Below, one piece after another: positions 31,059 to 32,000 of a stretch of DNA of 32,000 bases. Numbering within the stretch: the stretch's first letter is position 1; each line of letters begins with the position of its first letter. Source of the stretch: Patescibacteria group bacterium. GTDB taxonomy: Bacteria > Patescibacteriota > Minisyncoccia > RBG-13-40-8-A. The stretch is from the NCBI GenBank assembly GCA_049322295.1, contig JBMORO010000040.1:33960-65959 (forward strand). The letters are read 5' to 3'. The translations under genes and the position numbers were made by a program. Under the pieces are notes generated by a model. It saw only the letters and a program-made list of their open reading frames with translations. It made no database searches and was not told where the DNA came from.

Positions 31059-32000
31059 TTATGGCTTCACCTCTCTCCATTTAGGCAAAGGAAATCTAAC
31101 TGGCACAGACTGGGAGAGAGTACAGCTATTATTGTTGCCATCAGTAATGGTTAGAGTAACGACCTTATTACCTTTAGACTGGAATTTGGTATTAGGAGTA
31201 GGAGTATTAGCTGTAGCAGGATTACCATCTTGAAATGTCCAGTCAAATCTATCATTAGTATCTAAAGAGCAAGGACTACCATTATAGTCATTATCATAAC
31301 AAAGGGAATCGCTGGAATCAAAATTAACCTGCTCCTCAACACTGGGTCGACTAGGTGTCCAGTCAAAAGCTGGTTCAGGGAAATGACGAGCTGGGGTAGT
31401 GAAAGAAGAACCATTATTCCAACCAGAATCAAGACCAGGTTGGTCATAGACTTTAACTCGCCAATAATAGGTGGTCTTGTAGATGATTTTATCAGGAGTA
31501 GCAGTAAGAACTAGATATACAGCCTGATTATTAGTTGATGGGCTAGGATTAGATAAACCAGAGATAGTACGATTTATTTCTGGGGAAGAGAAATTACTAT
31601 TATTATCTATTTGAAAATCAAATCTGGTCTGTTTATCATTATCAGGGTCAGCATAGGTCCAGGAGAAGAAATAAGTTGGGTTAGTGGCACAAAAAGAGGT
31701 ACTGGTGTAGTCTAAATTAGTAGCAGTTGGAGCTTGATTGATTTTAATTAAAACTGAACCATCATAAACATAATCTGACCAGTTTCCAGCATTATCTCTG
31801 ACTCGGTATCTGAATTCATAAGTAGAACCATTATTTCCTATATAGGTGAAGTTATCAATAGTTGAACCATTATTAGGTAGACCAGTATTAACCCAAGAAC
31901 CGCCATTGATTCTGACATCCACATCTCCTTCAGCAATACCGCTTCTCTCATCTGTTTCAGTTAAATTAACCCAGATAGAGGCATCTGGAGAAGTGCCATT
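31059..32000 (-). CDS. Large secreted/surface protein with Ig-like/FN3-like and PKD-like repeats (C-terminal part; open to the window edge)
   Basis: The frame stays open from 31922 to 32000 (NGTSPDASIWVNLTETDERSGIAEGD-), so the track start is not the true start. It has YYWRVKVYD and a C-terminal PKD-like FDWTFQDG...VTLTITDGNN, and is Asn/Thr/Ser-rich. Confidence 0.7.
   Translation of the reverse strand, partial: NGTSPDASIWVNLTETDERSGIAEGDVDVRINGGSWVNTGLPNNGSTIDNFTYIGNNGSTYEFRYRVRDNAGNWSDYVYDGSVLIKINQAPTATNLDYTSTSFCATNPTYFFSWTYADPDNDKQTRFDFQIDNNSNFSSPEINRTISGLSNPSPSTNNQAVYLVLTATPDKIIYKTTYYWRVKVYDQPGLDSGWNNGSSFTTPARHFPEPAFDWTPSRPSVEEQVNFDSSDSLCYDNDYNGSPCSLDTNDRFDWTFQDGNPATANTPTPNTKFQSKGNKVVTLTITDGNNNSCTLSQSVPVRFPLPKWREVKP

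Noticed and set aside
412-31447. The ORF track lists 23 ORFs that lie antisense to, or out of frame inside, strongly supported genes. They are 412-618, 1185-1556, 4719-4916, 5069-5296, 7983-8249, 8364-8879, 8957-9148, 9701-9931, 11291-11506, 11301-11744, 12707-12916, 14777-15061, 16740-17039, 17688-17942, 21527-21790, 22109-22309, 24698-24889, 26424-26609, 27712-28053, 28979-29230, 29984-30172, 30409-30642 and 31262-31447.
   Set aside because: Each lies wholly or largely inside a conserved gene (r-proteins, EF-Tu/G, NrdD, ComEC, Pil proteins). Their sequences are low-complexity or Ser/Leu/Phe-rich, typical of shadow frames in AT-rich DNA. They lack start contexts. 412-618 and 7983-8249 additionally run through repeat elements.
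1-32000. The organism could use an alternative genetic code (UGA recoding, as in some candidate phyla).
   Set aside because: Conserved genes end at TGA (pilC, rpsQ) as well as TAA and TAG at the expected lengths. No conserved gene is interrupted by an in-frame TGA.

Overview
This is an AT-rich bacterial fragment (about one-third G+C by eye, not computed), transcribed almost entirely on the minus strand. Standard genetic code fits, since TGA, TAA and TAG all act as stops. In transcription order (high to low coordinates) the content is as follows. (1) The 3' part of a large PKD/Ig-like surface protein. (2) A complete secretin-less type IV pilus locus: pilM, pilN, pilO, a small TM protein, pilB, a pilin, pilT, pilC, the major pilin, pilD and four minor pilins. 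(3) An HtrA-type protease. (4) nrdD-nrdG (class III RNR) translationally coupled to a ComEC gene that is split in two at an A6 run. (5) On the plus strand, an M50 site-2 protease and a 65-aa orphan gene with its own promoter, SD and terminator. (6) rpmB and tRNA-Pro(GGG). (7) The canonical str-S10-spc ribosomal superoperon from rpsL through rplF. The gene set, small proteins, r-protein extensions and scarcity of Shine-Dalgarno sequences resemble a reduced-genome, CPR/Patescibacteria-like monoderm; that is inference only. The structure not explained by genes is in the intercistronic gaps. Family A has three copies of a ~138-bp element with 20-nt terminal inverted repeats. Each copy is flanked by 4-bp direct repeats and sits exactly on the start codon of the downstream gene, regenerating it. 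Family B has six copies of a ~70-bp AT-rich near-palindrome built from TACAAAT/ATTTGTA heptads. Each copy fills a stop-to-start gap. GC-rich compound hairpins sharing an 11-mer lie inside the rpmC and rplW reading frames. There are also several single-copy long hairpins. All of these end 0-7 nt before the next start codon. Six sigma70-like promoters with exact 17-nt spacers can be read, and two or three of them imply near-leaderless mRNAs.
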